Shown: one piece after another, positions 13,241 to 30,874 of the stretch
Position numbering within the stretch: position 1 is the first letter of the stretch
Layout of the letters: each line of letters opens with the position of its first letter
NCBI RefSeq assembly: GCF_009914755.1
Contig: NC_060932.1
Origin: the human T2T-CHM13v2.0 reference genome, Homo sapiens
Length of the DNA: 64,000 nt
Reading direction: 5' to 3' (one strand)
Notes under the pieces: model-generated
The model's database searches: none
Told to the model about the DNA's origin: nothing
What the model saw: the letters and a program-made list of their open reading frames with translations, nothing else
Translations under genes and position numbers: made by a program

Positions 13241-13702
13241 ATCATATAGCTGGTAACTTCATTTGTTAAATAAAGACTATGTTTCCTCTTCCATCAATCA
13301 TAATAGCACCTGCCCCGTAAGACTGTTGTAATAATTAATGAAATAATGCATGTAAAGAGCTCAGTTTAACGCCTCCCACACAGCATGTAGTCTATAGACA
13401 TTAGGTGCTATTACTATTATTTTTATTTTGTTGATAATAAAACAATACTGAGAACTGCCAAGGATTTGAAAAAAAATGCTCTTTCAAAACACTGTAAGAA
13501 ATATGCTGGATAGCATTTTGGCCATGTTGCTATATACTCTTAAAAACCATTAGACCCAGGCATAATGCTACTTCCAGGACTTTATCCTAAAGCGCTAATT
13601 AAAGAAGTGCATAAAAACTTACATGAAGGTATTTTCATCAAACTATTATTCATAATAGCAAAAAATGGAAACAATCCAAATGTTTATAAATAATATAAAT
13701 TA

Positions 13703-14330
<628 letters not shown>

Positions 14331-14904
14331 TCACCCCAAATTAGTAGAAATACACTGTTCTCAAATGCACATGAAACATTCTCCAGGACAGAGTATACGT
14401 TAGGCAACAAAACAAGTCTCAATAAACTTAAAGTCATACAAAGCACCTTTTCCAACCACCACCATGAAACTGGAAATCAAAAACAAGAGGAAAACCAGAA
14501 AATTCACAACTATGTAATAATCAAACCACACACTTTTAAACAACCAATGGGCCAAAAAAGAAGTCACAAAGGAAATTAGAAAACACCTTGAAATGAAGGA
14601 AAACAAAAACAGTGTATTAAAACTTTTGGGATGCAGTTGAAGAACTGTCAGTAAGAAATGTATAGTTATAAATGCCTGCATTAAAAAAAATCTCAATAAC
14701 CTAACTCTACACCTTAAGGAATTAGAGAAAAATTTAAAAAATAGAAAACTACACCCAAAGCTAAGAGAAGGAAGGGAATAAGGAAGAGATTAGATATTAA
14801 AGATAAAATGGACAAGAGGAAACAATAGAGAGAATGAATAAAAGCAATAATTCATTCTTTAAAAAGATCAACAGTGCATTAAGGGTTAAAAAAAAGAAAA
14901 AGAC

Positions 14905-15440
<536 letters not shown>

Positions 15441-16413
15441 GAGTGAAATTGACAAACCTATAGCTAGACTGACCGAAAAAAAAAAAAGAGAGAGAAGGCA
15501 TAAATAACTAAAATCAAATGAAAGTGGGGACATTAACTAACCTTACAGAAACAGAAAGGATTATAAAAGAATATTATGAGCAATTGTACACCAACATACT
15601 AGATAGTCTAGAGTAAATGGACAAATGCATAGAAATATACAAATGACTAAACTGACCCAACAAAATAGAAGAAATCTGAACAAGTAAAGAGATTGAACAA
15701 GTATCAAAAATCTCCCAAAGAAAAGTGTAAAAGTAGATAGCTTCAATGGTTAATTCTACCAAACATTTAAAGAATGGACAAACCTTTTCAAACTCTTCTA
15801 AAAAACCAGAAGATGGTAGAACACTTTCCAACTCATCTAAGAAGCCAGCATTACCCTATTTACCAAAGCCAGAGAATGATATCACAAGAAAACAGCAGCC
15901 CATATCTCCTATGAATATCCAGCAGCATATTAAAAGGATTATAAAACATGACCAAGTGGAATATATCCTAGGAATGCAAGGATGATTCAACACATGAAAA
16001 TCAACCAGTGTTATATACCACATTAATATAGTAAAGGGGAAAAACACAATCATTTCAATAGGTGAAAAAAAAAGCATTTCATAAAAATCCAATACTCTTT
16101 CATGAAAAAAAAAACCCACTAAAACTAGGAATAAAAGAGAACTTCCTCAACGCAAGTGCATTTGTGAAAAAAATGACAGCTAATATCATACTTATGGTTA
16201 AAGACTGAAAGCTTTCCCCATAAGATCAGAAAAAAAGACAGGGATACCCATTTTTACCATTTTTACACAATATTGTACTGAAGAGTTTAGCCAAAGCAGT
16301 TAGACAAGAAAAATAAATTAAAGGCATTCAAATTGGAAAGGAAAAGTAAAACGATGTTTAATCACAGATGACATGATTTCATATATAGAAAATCCTAAAG
16401 AATCCACAAAAAA

Positions 16414-17020
<607 letters not shown>

Positions 17021-17965
17021 TTTTTTTAAATATATTTGAGCTCATAAATTCAACAAAGCTGCAAAATATAAGATCAAGATATAATATTCAGTTATGTTTC
17101 TACATAATAGCAATAAACCACCTGAAAAGAAAATTTAAAAAAAATCCATTTACAATCACATCAACAAGAATAAAACACTTAGGAATAAATATAACTAAGG
17201 AAGTATAAGACTCGTACATAGAAAAATGTTTTGTACATTGCTAAAGTAAAATAAGAACTAAATAAATGGAAAGACATTTCATGTTCATGGACTGGAAGAC
17301 TTAATATTGTTAAGATGGCAATACTCACCAAGTCAATCTATAAACTGAACGCGAGCCCTATCAAAATGCCAACAGCATTTTTGTGTGGGTGGAAAAGCAG
17401 ATTCTGAAATTCATATGGAATTGCAAGGAACCTTGAATAACAATTTTTAAAAAGAAGAAAAAGGTAAAGAACGCATATTTCTGGATTTCAAACTTACTAC
17501 AAAGCTATAGTAATCAAAATAGTGTGATACTGTCAAAAGAAAAGACATATAGATGAATGAATCTGAATCCAGAGTCCAGAAATAAACCTATACATCTATG
17601 GTTAACTGATTTTTTTTCTTTTTTAACAAGGATGCCACGAGCATTCACTGGGGAAAACTAGCCACATGCAAAAGAATGAAGTTAGATCCCTACCAAAACC
17701 ATATACGCTAATTAACTCAAAATGGATCAAGGGCTTAAATCTTAAGAGCCAACACTATAAAAGTCTTAGACAAAAACATAGGGGTAAATCTTTATCATCT
17801 AGGATTTAGAAATGGATTCTTAGATATCACACCAAAAGCACAAACCAAAACCATAATGAGATATCACTTCACACCCACTAGGACTACTATAATCAACAAC
17901 ACAGAAAATAACAAATGTTGCCAGGGATGTGGGGAAATTGCTGATGGGAATATTAAATGGTGTTA

Positions 17966-18312
<347 letters not shown>

Positions 18313-18866
18313 AGTTAAAAAAATTTTAAAACATTAAACATGGAACTACCACATGATGAAGCAATTCCATATCTAGGCATATATGAAAAAGAACTGAAAC
18401 TAGGTACTCAAGCAAGTATTTGTTCATAAAATGTTCCTAACTCACTACCCACCATAGTCAAAAGGTGAAAAATCACCCAAATGTCTATGAATGGATAAAT
18501 GGATAAACAAAATACAATAGATACATGTAATGGAATATTATTCAGTCATTAAACATAATGAAGCACAGATATGTGCTACACCATGAATCAACCTCAAAAA
18601 CATGAAGGGAAAGAACCCAAATACATAAGGTTACATATTGTATGATTCCATTTATATGAAATAACCAGAAGACAGTTAAATCCATAGAGTCACAAAGCAA
18701 ATTAGGTATTGCCAGGGGCTGAAGGAGGGGAGTAGTCAGGATTGAATGCTTAATGAATACAGGGATCTCTTTGGAGGTGAAGAAAATGTGTGGAACTTGA
18801 AAGGGGTGGCAGCTGCACAACACTGTGAATGTTACATGTTACTGAATTATACTCGTTAATTTTTTT

Positions 18867-19174
<308 letters not shown>

Positions 19175-19189
19175 TCATGGAAGAAGTTA

Positions 19190-19445
19190 GGAAAGAAAAA
19201 AGTAAGAAGGGAGGGAAAGGAGAGGAGGAATGGGGGGGAATGGCAGAGGGAGGGAGGGGGAGGGGGGGCGGAAAGAGAAAAAAGAGAAGCGAGAAGGGGA
19301 AGAAGGAGGGGAGGGAGGGAGGGGAAGGAAGAAAGAGAGGGGAAGGAAGGAAGGGAGAGAGGGGAGGGAAGGCAGAGTAGGGAAGGGAAGGGAGGGGAGG
19401 GAAGGAGGGAGCTGGAAGGAAGGAAAGGCGGAAGGAAGTTGGAAA
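19190..19445. repeat. GA-rich low-complexity polypurine tract
   Basis: About 250 bp of almost pure G/A (ggaa, ggga, gagg units). Confidence 0.95.
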
Positions 19446-19808
19446 GTGGCCATCTCTGCAACACAGCCAAGGGTAGAACAAAGTCACTGATGCACTGAAG
19501 AGCAAGTGTATCAGATGTCAGTGAAGTCCCTTAGAAGACATTCACTACTACTCCTCTCATTCATTTCCTGCTTCACACTCTACTTTTCACATCTATTTTA
19601 CCCATATATACTTTTTTCTCATATAAAAACGAACCGATGTCACCCTCTTCTATCTCCTCTCCCCTACTCAAGACCTGCTGGAGAAGTAAACACATATGCT
19701 TTCTCTCCCCTGGAACTAACTATAAACATATCACCATGTACTTTAGAATCACAAATGACAGTACATTTTAAGTGCAAAAATAAAGTTGCAAAAGGAATGG
19801 TTCTTTAC

Positions 19809-19924
19809 CTTTGCAAGTTCTCTTCTTAGCTCTTCCTGCTCCTCTTCCGAGAGGGTCTCTGTGGCACTGATCGTGGCAGCAACATCTTCTCCTTCCTCAG
19901 GGACTGGGTCTGTTCTCAGCAGAC
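19809..19924 (-). CDS. TPD52: TPD52 coding exon, 116 nt (GLLRTDPVPEEGEDVAATISATETLSEEEQEELRRELAK)
   Basis: Acceptor ccag|GT CTG CTG AGA ACA and donor GCA AAG|gtaaag. The peptide is the recognisable D52 N-terminal acidic region and start of the coiled coil. Confidence 0.97.
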
Positions 19925-20464
19925 CTGGTTGGGGATTTAAACCATTTTTTAAAGTGCAAAATCTAAGTAAAATCCCTATTTAAGCTCCTCCACTGTCCTA
20001 GCCAGAATAAAGCCAATTAGAGTAGATCCACACATCTCATCTCTGGATATTCAAATGACCTGGCTTTCTCAGCAAAGGACAAAAGAAAATCTGAGCTAAC
20101 CACCGGAAACTACCAAGTAGACTCTGCCAAAATATGAATTTAGAAAATATAGCATTCTCTTAGCTTCTGTTCATAGTCTCAGTCACAATATAGTTATGGC
20201 AGAAGAGTGAAGGGCCCAAAATGAGATCTTGCTGAGACTTTAAATTGCTGCAAAAGTAAATCAGTATAAATTAGATGAAAGATTTTAGCTCCTTCCCAGT
20301 AACCCAGGGCAGGAGTTTGCATATCTCTTCAGCTTGCTGTGGTAATCAAAGCCAACATTTCATAAACTCAGTAAAGGAGTAACCACTGAATGAACTAAAT
20401 GTCCTAAGTAAATTTTATTCTGTTTCTTTCCATTAGTGGAGGCAGAAAACATCTTCTTGTAAGT

Positions 20465-20655
20465 TCTTTTTTTGTTGTTTGTTTGTTTGTTTTAGGAGGT
20501 AGAGACAGGGTGTCGCTATGTTGCCCAAGCTGGTCTTGAACTCCTGGCTTCAAGCCATCATATATATATATGATGATATAGATGATTATATCTATCTATA
20601 TATATATCTATATCTATACATCTATATCTATCTATCTATATATATATATATATCA
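20465..20655 (-). repeat. Alu/FLAM fragment plus (TA/TC)n microsatellite
   Basis: gtagagacagggtgtcgctatgttgcccaagctggtcttgaactcctgg followed by tatatc repeats. Confidence 0.85.
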
Positions 20656-20859
20656 TCCAGATACCCTTATAAAAGAATACTAAGGTATATGTTCAGAGAC
20701 ATGACCAACAGCCACACAGAGACATTCTACACTACTGAAGACCAACCACACCGCACCCATTCCCCTTGGAACGGAGCCTGTCAGGAAGAACAACTGGAGA
20801 GTGACCAGGAGGCAGCTGCCCCTCAGATCTCCCCTCTTTTCCTGCCCAACCCTCACCCA

Positions 20860-21225
20860 CAGGCTAAGATGAGGCCAGAAAGGCACCCCAACCTTGGGTG
20901 CAAAATTGAAGAGGCCACTAAAACACTCAATATAAATATCTTAATGCAGTATTTTTTAAAAATCAAATTCAAAGAACCCATGATGAACAAAAATGCCAAA
21001 ATTTTAAATTGAAGGATCAGTATTGCTGATACTTTGTCTCAAACTCCAAAATGGCTCTGCATGAACAGCACTATTGGTAATCTCATCTTTATTTAAAATT
21101 GTGATATTTTATTCATGATTTTCTTTTACATTAATTTTTAAAAATATTGTATTTGTATATTATTTGACGACTAAGCTTTTTGTCACCCCCTTCCTGGCCT
21201 CAGCTGCCTTACCCTAGGCTTCAGT
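20860..21225. mobile_element. hAT MITE with long internal inverted repeat (MER96B-like)
   Basis: Arms at about 20940-21025 and 21079-21155 are imperfect reverse complements. Terminus gggtgcaaaattgaagaggcc. Confidence 0.7.
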
Positions 21226-22643
21226 TCAGTTTACAGATTTGGGATTACAAAGTCTCCTCTGGCAACAGATTTTTTTTTTTTTTTTTTTTGCAAAGAAACC
21301 AGGGGAAGGTTTACTCCTCTGCCTGCTCTTCCTGCCAGTGAGCATCACAGCCACTGCAGTTGTTCCCTGCTACCCCCCAGGACCATTTCTGAGAACTGCC
21401 AGTTCAGCCACAGCAGCAATGTGGCATCCTGCCCAATGCAAGGCGCCAGGGAGCAGACACAGAAGAAAAAGGAAGGAGAATAACCACACTGTGGAACAAG
21501 CAGCCAGTGTCGCAGCAAGCATTAGAGAATTACATGAGTCAATGAGATGATGCTTATGTACATGGTGTACAAGTTACAAAGGCACTTGGTACAGGCTCTA
21601 CTGTACACTCACTGATTAATAGCAGTTAATAATTATAATAATAATCATCAGCATGGCAGCACCAAAATAGTGCCTACCTGGAAAGCACAGAACTGTTAAA
21701 GGCATAAAAGTAACACAAAAAATTCAAAAACCACAAATCGGACTGGCAAAAAATATGATTAAGCTCTTGACTGAATATAAAATATTTAATAGGTACAATC
21801 AGCAAGTAGAAAAGCTCAATGCATAATTGCTTCCGCAGGTCTTCCTCTAAAATATTTGTGAACAGACTGCCCAAATAATATTTCTATAATAGAAATCTGA
21901 CTGTATCACTCTTCAGCTTAAAATCCTTTGGTGATTCCTTACTGTTTTCAAAGCAAAGTGTGACCCCTGAGGTTGGCAGGTAGCCCTTACTGGACCCGTC
22001 TCCTGCTAGCTGGCATTGGCACCTCTTACTCCAACTCCTGCCAAACCACACCGTGAACAACGTGCTGTACTATGTACTGTCAGAAACCATTTCCCAGCAT
22101 CTGTGTGTGCTTGTAAATCTACCCTCTATGTCAGATTATGTGAAGAAAGTTGTATGAGATTGAAACTGAGAGTCAAGCATTCAAGTAACAATCATATAAG
22201 GCAACACAGTAAGAACCATAACAGAGCTACCTGTTAAACGTTATTTTATTTTTAATGTTTTGTACAGAACTCCCAGGTTCTCCAACTACAACAGATCTCC
22301 AAAACAAAACAAGCAAAACTCAGGTACCAAACCATTACTTAAATAGCAAAGACTCTTTCATGCTTTTTTGATACACACTGTTTTGCAAATCTACTCAAAC
22401 AAGGGGAGAAATACAGTATCTGACTGCTAACACAATGCTTTATGTATACTGCCCAATTCCAAAAAGAATCCAAGGGGATTCTGGTTCTATTCAAGTATGC
22501 GGCTAGGCTATCAAGGAAAATAAATCTCTCAGAAAAGAGGATGACGGGTTGTCCAGTTGGCTTCAAGTCTGCCAGGATGACCTTGAGATTTTATATTCAG
22601 CATCTAAGAAAGTTGGTAATGACATGTTCTGCTCTTTCCACAT

Positions 22644-22662
22644 TAGCCCGTAGGTGGCAGCA
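22644..22662 (+). promoter_or_regulatory. CTCF-like motif
   Basis: tagcccgtaggtggcagca resembles the CTCF core CCnnnAGGTGGCAG. Motif match only. Confidence 0.45.
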
Positions 22663-24139
22663 AATCATTATCATTAAAATTAAAAGGTGCAGTCTGGAAA
22701 AAAAAATTAGAAATTAAAGAACACCAAGGAAGAACAGAATGGTAGATACCAAAATCACCAGCAAAACATCACAGTCATGCCTTGAGAAAATTATTAACCA
22801 CAGCCACCATGACAGAGTGCATTCCATTTACAGACAAGTCCAAATTAAGTGTTTTAAATACTTATGTGCAACACTTCAGTGAGGTGGGGATCCCTGTCAC
22901 CACTTACAGATCAGGAACCTCAAGCTTACAGACATTAAGCAACTTGCCCAGGTTAACACACCTAAATCTTTGGTGGAGGTCAGATTTTAAACCTAGACGG
23001 TCTGATGTAAAAACAAATGCTTCACATCACTGATCTGAAAACAAAGACAAAAGTAGGAGGCTGATGGTCAGACCTGAAAGGTATCTAGAAGCAATAATAA
23101 GACCCTAAAAAGTGAAAGAATCTGGCAGACTAGATCAAAAGCAGTCTTCATTAATTCCAACTAAAGTTTCCCCAAACCTGGGAATCCAAATTTTGCCTTA
23201 TATATTCGTCTAGATATGATCCTGTTTCTTGTATGTTCAGTAATGGTATAGGATTTAATATGAAAATAGAGTCTGGCTTTTGGGAGAAAAGATTAATTTC
23301 TCATTCACAACATGAAAGGTGGAAAATAAGAACATTTAAAAGTATAGATTATTGAAAACCATAATCCAAAACTTATTTGTTCATTAATTTTAATGTTGTT
23401 TTTTTTTTTCTCAGAATCTGATGGAAAGCTGTTTTTAAAAGACAAAGATGGTGGGGAAAATACAATTAATATCTACTGACATCTACTACACCAGCCACTG
23501 TGAGGGGAAGTCTACATGTTATCTTATAAAAATAAAAACACCCCATAACCACCATCCGAGAGGAGTATTTTTTTTCCACCAGGAAACTGCGGTCCTCTAA
23601 GGCTATATAATTTGCCCAGAGTTACAGAGGCAGGATTAATACTTGGGTCTTTCTGTCTCTCGACTCAGCTCCATCACGAACATCTTAGAGAAACATCAAT
23701 GATCATGGCAGGACAAGGAAACAGGGCCTAGTCTTTCTCCATAGAAACGTTTTACTTTCCTGAAGGTCTAGGAACCTGTGGGGATCCCTGGTTTGAAAGT
23801 CACAGATAACATTATCAAACACAAGTGACTGAAAATGAGTGATAATTTCTTCCATCAGGTTATTAACATTTTAGCCATTGCCTTAGTTCTCTTCATCTAG
23901 CTGTGCAAACAGATTGTCAGCCTGTCTTCAGTTCCATCCATAGGATCCCTGAAGAGCTTTAGGTGGGGGAGTGACAAGTCTAGACTTGTCTTTGGAAAAG
24001 TCCTTCCAGCAAGCTGGGTATTGGGTGGCCTCCCCTGGGAAGGGTCTGGAGTCCACTGGCAGGGCAATGCATCTCGCTGATTCCCAGCTGAGAGTTCTAG
24101 TGTCTCAGGGGTAAGGATGGAGAAGACAAGCAGAGACAC

Positions 24140-25115
24140 ATCCCATCAATCTGAAGATACTTTTTACATTTTACATCTTTGAGATGCACTGTACAATTAA
24201 TCAGCCAGTCATTGTGACATGGTTATCACCTGCAAACATGCTTCAAAATTTGCAAAATGGCTTAGAAAATGCCAGGTCCGGTTACAGACGTCTCTTAAGA
24301 AAGGCTGCACCACAGACATTTTATGTGAGGAAAATAAATCAATAGAATAGACATAGATTACTCCAAGTTGAATAGCAATTCAAATAAGTTAGATTATGGG
24401 TGTGAAGACATTTTAGGAAATGTTCTTTTTTATTTTAGAAAATATGCACAGGAGTGTTATGATCAGTGTAAACGTCTGAATAAATCTAAAAAAGAACTTC
24501 AATAAATGTAAAAATTTTGGCCAGGCACAGTGGTTCATACCTGTAATCCCAGCACTTTGGGAGGCCAAGGTGGGAGGATCACTTGAGCCCAGGAGTTCGA
24601 GACCAGCCTAGGCAACAAAGTGAGATCCTGTCTCTACAAAAACTCAAAAACCATTAGCCGGGTATAGTGGCCTGCACCTGTAGTCCCAGCTACTCAGGAG
24701 GCTGTGGCGGGAGGATCGCTTGGGCCTAGGAGGTTGAAGCTGAATGAGCTGTGATCGTGCCACTGCACTCCAGCCTGGGCAACAGAGCAAGACCCTGTCT
24801 CAAAACAACAACAACAACAATTTTAATAAAAATTTTTAGGGGGCTGGGCATGGTGGCTCACACACACCTGTAATCCCAGCACTTTGGGAGGCAGAGACAG
24901 GCAGATCACTTGAGGCCAGGAGTTCAAGACCAGCCTGGGCAACGTGGTGAAACCCCATCTCTACTAAAAATAATTTTTAAAAAAGATTTAAAATTTAAGT
25001 TATGATAAAGCAGGTTTTTTTTTTAGTTTAACTATTAGCATATTTTATACTTAATGAAACAAAAAACAATAGTAACATCTTACAATCTGTGGTGTCTTGG
25101 ATTTGATGAAATACA
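24140..25115. mobile_element. Tc2-type DNA transposon remnant (Kanga/MER104-like) interrupted by Alus
   Basis: End catcttacaatctgtggtgtcttggatttgatgaaatac resembles the MER104/Kanga terminus. Confidence 0.5.
24519..24975 (+). mobile_element. AluJ plus adjacent Alu left monomer
   Basis: Dimer 24519-24820 and monomer 24842-24975. Confidence 0.92.
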
Positions 25116-25713
25116 ACACTTCAAGACTTCAGAGTCCTTGTGAATAATGTGCGGAAGACAAAGTGGAAATGTGTGTGTGCGAGTGTGGTCAGAGCAGGGA
25201 AAGGCAGAGCAGAGTGGCCAAGAACCGGTAAGAGCTTAGTCCTGAACACATCTCTAGTTCTAGACTATAAAGTCCTGATGTCACTTTATCTCTCCATCTC
25301 AGAACTCACAGTGCCTAGAACAGTCAATGTTAATATTGCATCTGAACTGAATTATTCTTTAAAGATTTAATTAAAGTAGCTCTCTCTTTACTTTCCCATG
25401 CATAACCACCCATTTGCCACATACTTTCACAAATTTCAACTGGGGAAAGCAGCAAAAGCGTTTTTACTAAAAATGTAGAACCTACACTTAAGCCAAAAAT
25501 AAGAGTTTGAGGAGCGCCTCTCTCTGCTTGGGTGCAGCCCCAACCCCCCTTTGGAGCACCCACTTAAATGGTTATCTTCCCTCTAGTTCTTCGTCTTTGA
25601 CTTTTATTCCAATTATGACCAAGTGCTTCAAGACTTTCTAAGATTATTGATTAAAAGCTTTTTGGCCATTGTCATACAATTTTAGATCTGAAAGAATTCT
25701 GAATCGTTTAAGT

Positions 25714-26033
25714 CAGCAGTCCCCAGTGTTTTTTGCACCAGGGACTGGTTTCATGGAAGACAATTTTTCCACGGCGGTTGGGGGTTGATGATTTTGAGAG
25801 GAAACTGTTCCACCTCAGATCATCAGGCATTAGATTCTCATAAGCAATGTGCAACCTAGATCCCTCGCATGTGTGGTTCACAATAGGGTTCATGCTCCTA
25901 TGAGAATCTAATGCCACCACTGATCTGACAGGAGGCAGAGCTCAGGCGGTAATGCTCACTCGCCTGCCACTCACTGGTTCCTAACAGGCCACAGATGGGT
26001 ACCAGTCCACCACCTGGGCGTTGGGGATCCCTG
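25714..26033 (-). mobile_element. MER1B (hAT-Charlie)
   Basis: Matches the recalled MER1B consensus. Perfect 8-bp TSD gtttaagt at 25706-25713 and 26034-26041. Confidence 0.92.
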
Positions 26034-26129
26034 GTTTAAGTCAAATGCTTCATTATATAAAGATGAGAAAACTGAGGACAGATTTTTACAAGAATAGGAA
26101 AAGACAAGATGAGCTTTGAAATTAGATGG

Positions 26130-26578
26130 TGTTGTGAGTTGAACTCTGCTGCCTTTAAAGATGTCTTCAATTTCCTAACCCCTGACAACAATGAATGTGT
26201 CTTTATTTGGAAACAGGATTTCTGCAGATGTAATCAAGTTAAGATGAGGTCACACTGGATTAGTGAACTCTAATCCAATGGTTCATGTCCTTATAAGAAG
26301 GAAATTTGAACGCAGAGACTCAGAGAAGAGATTATGTGAAGATACAGAGCGCAAAGCACAGAGAACACGCAGAGATTGGGGTGACATCACTACAGAACAA
26401 GGAACACCAAGGTCTGCAAGCAAACACCAGAAGCGAGGAGGCAGCAAGGATTCATTGCCCTGCACGTTTCACAGGGAGCAAGACCCTGCCAACGCCTTCA
26501 TTTCAGATTTCTAACCTCCAGAACCGGGTGATAAGCCACCCAGAATGGCTACCGCAGCCCCAGGAGAATAATTCCGAT
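26130..26578 (+). mobile_element. MLT1 (MaLR) solo LTR
   Basis: ttatttggaaacagg...gatgtaatcaagttaagatgaggtcacactggattag...cctccagaac. Confidence 0.8.
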
Positions 26579-26599
26579 GGAAAGGGGCATAAACACTGA

Positions 26600-27350
26600 T
26601 TCAGCCATTGACTAGTTGGTTGATCTTCTTTAATCACATTTATCTTCAAAGAGCCCCAAGCCCCTTACCTGCAAAAAATGGGTACACACAAGGATTTGCT
26701 GTTTCCCCCAGGTTCCATGCCCTATAACTTGTCCTGGCAATTGCTTCTCTCTCCTTTCGTCCTCCCTGAGTCTTGGCTCTCAGGTCTCACTTCCTCACTG
26801 CCCACTACTCTTCAACCCCCTGCAACCTTGTGGCTGCCCCTTCCACCTCCCTTCCACTAAGGACAATTCTGGGTCACTACCCTCATCTAGCCACGCCAAG
26901 GCCATCTGACATTGCACTTCAGTCTGAAATCTCCATTCCTCTCCTCCCTCCTGGTTTTTCTCTTCCTACCTCTCTGAGACGTCATGGCTCCATCTCACTC
27001 TCTGGACATCCACTTCACTCCTTGCCTCCAATCCTGCCCTCCTGCCTAGTTTGAGCTGTCACTATGTGTTGCTTAGATTCCTACCCCTAAGCTCCTTGCC
27101 AGTCTCTGACATCTGCAAATATTCCTCAACCTGCCCCAACAAAGAGCTTTCTAGAGTGCATATCTGACGACGCCACTCCCGTGCCTTAAGTCCTTTGATG
27201 GCTTCCCAGCTTCTTGCAAAGCTCCTCACTCTGGACAATCTGGCCCCACTCCCCAGCACCTGCCCCATCTCCTGCTACTGCCCTCACCAGCACAACACTC
27301 CCACTATACCCTCCAACCTGCAGTTCCTCCAGAAACACATGCTTTTTTTG
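26600..27350 (+). mobile_element. L2 fragment (continues at about 28900-29240)
   Basis: Pyrimidine-rich L2-like sequence, with 3' end tctggcacacagcagatgc at about 29200. Confidence 0.6.
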
Positions 27351-27366
27351 TTTTTTAAGAAATGTA

Positions 27367-28739
<1,373 letters not shown>

Positions 28740-30088
28740 TTAACTCAAAAAAAATTTTTGTTTAAATGTACCTCCCATACTTTTTGGCCCATTTAATTTT
28801 TTATTATGGTAGAATATACAACAAAAATGTATCATCTTTAACCATTTCTAAGTGTGTCATTCAGTGACATCAATTATATTCACAATGTTGTACAGCCATC
28901 TCTGCTATCTCTAAAACACACTATTTTTCATGTGTCTTTGCACATATTATTTTCTCTGCCTGAAACCCCATCCCTATTTCCAGGTCCCATTAGCTTAAAT
29001 AAGTCAAAAGTGTCTCCTACTCTTGGGGGATCTCCCCTGGACCCCGTGACCTTGGCTGAGAAACAGTTCTTGGCTCTGGGAATAAGAACCTACGGTCCAG
29101 TCTATTGTATAGAATACAGACTGCAGCTGGGCAATACTTGGCCTTCATGCTCCAATCCTGTGTCTTTAGCCTTAGCAGGATCTCTGATGCACAGTGTCTG
29201 GCACACAGCAGATGCGTGTCAACACTGTGGATAAATGGATTATAGGAAGTTATACAGTCAAGTTAGAAGGAAAGATAAGAACCCAGTCTCCCTTCATTCT
29301 CTCTCCTTTTATCTCGAGCTTTTTATTTTATATATTGCATTCTCACTTCACTGTTTTTACCTAGAAAGGTTTTTCTATTTAAAGCAGATGTGAAATGTCA
29401 CTTTCCTAAAGAAATATGACTTCCATCTCATACATAATCTGTCCAAAGATTGTCACTTTTGGGGGCAGGTCACCTACCTTCATATTACAGGAAAACAGTG
29501 TGCAGTCAAAAGTACCATGGTTACATAGGTGGGACAAAAATGATATCACAGAAAGAATATGTCAGCTGCCCCCAAAAAAATTCAACTAGGAGGGAAAAAG
29601 ATGCCAAAATGGAGTCTAAGATATCTGCTATTTAGCCTGAATGTTAACACTGCCTACCCAAGAAAGAATCTGTTAACATATATTTGAGCCCTGGAAGCGT
29701 CTCTGGAAAATAAAGCTGCACAGGCCTTTCCTACACAAGTCTTCAAAGCAGGACCAATAACTTTAAGACCGGAGTCGCGGTAAGAAACTTCAGTATCTAT
29801 GACTGTTTTATTTAAGCACAAACAAGAGGAAATATGCATCCCCCTTTTTAAACCTAGAGGCATAAAAAGAGATTTAAACATATAATTCAAAGTATCTTTA
29901 GTGGTAACATCCAGAAAGATCACAGGATGTTTTTTCCCCACGTTAAGTCTGTGCCTGGGGCTCCCATTCTCTGTGCCTTGTTGTTTCTGGATGTAATAAA
30001 ATCCCAGAAGTGGGAGGAATATTTGCAAGTCCCCACACCACAATGGTTGTCTTCGGGAGACCCAAAAGATTAAGCATCCAGTTAAGGC

Positions 30089-30298
30089 AGCGCTTCTCAG
30101 GCACGGCACCACGGGCGTCATGCGGTGGATGACTGTGGCAGGGACTGCCCTGGGCATCTTCCTGTGTAGCATCTCAGGCCCACTCACCAGATGTCAGTAG
30201 CAGCCCCACACCCACACCCAGTTGTAACAACCAAAAGAGTATCTACAAACATGGTCAAATGCCCACAGTGGGGCAAAACTGTGGTTGAGAACCACTGA
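30089..30298 (+). mobile_element. MER20 (hAT-Charlie)
   Basis: cagttgtaacaaccaaaa...gggcaaaactgtggttgagaaccactg terminus. Confidence 0.75.
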
Positions 30299-30554
30299 CT
30301 TAAGGCGAGGGAGCATCTAAGAGGATGCTGTCTGCCACTGAGTGCCTTCAGAAGAGAGGGATGCAGCAGCTCAGGCCGTGACAACTTTAGATTCTTAAGG
30401 CTGGAATTTTCCCATGTGTGCCCATGGCAAGAACAGTAAAACCTTAGGGGGAAAACGAGTTGGGTAATTGTAGTCAAGGTAGCAGGGAAGAAAAAAACTG
30501 AGAAAACTTGATCCACTCCATTTAAGGGAAGACCCAAGCTCCTCACAAGCGTAA

Positions 30555-30874
<320 letters not shown>

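Noticed and set aside
20518-21012. 164-aa ORF
   Set aside because: It spans an Alu fragment, a microsatellite and a MITE.
29654-30187. 177-aa minus-strand ORF
   Set aside because: It starts inside MER20, resembles no protein I recognise and has no splice support.
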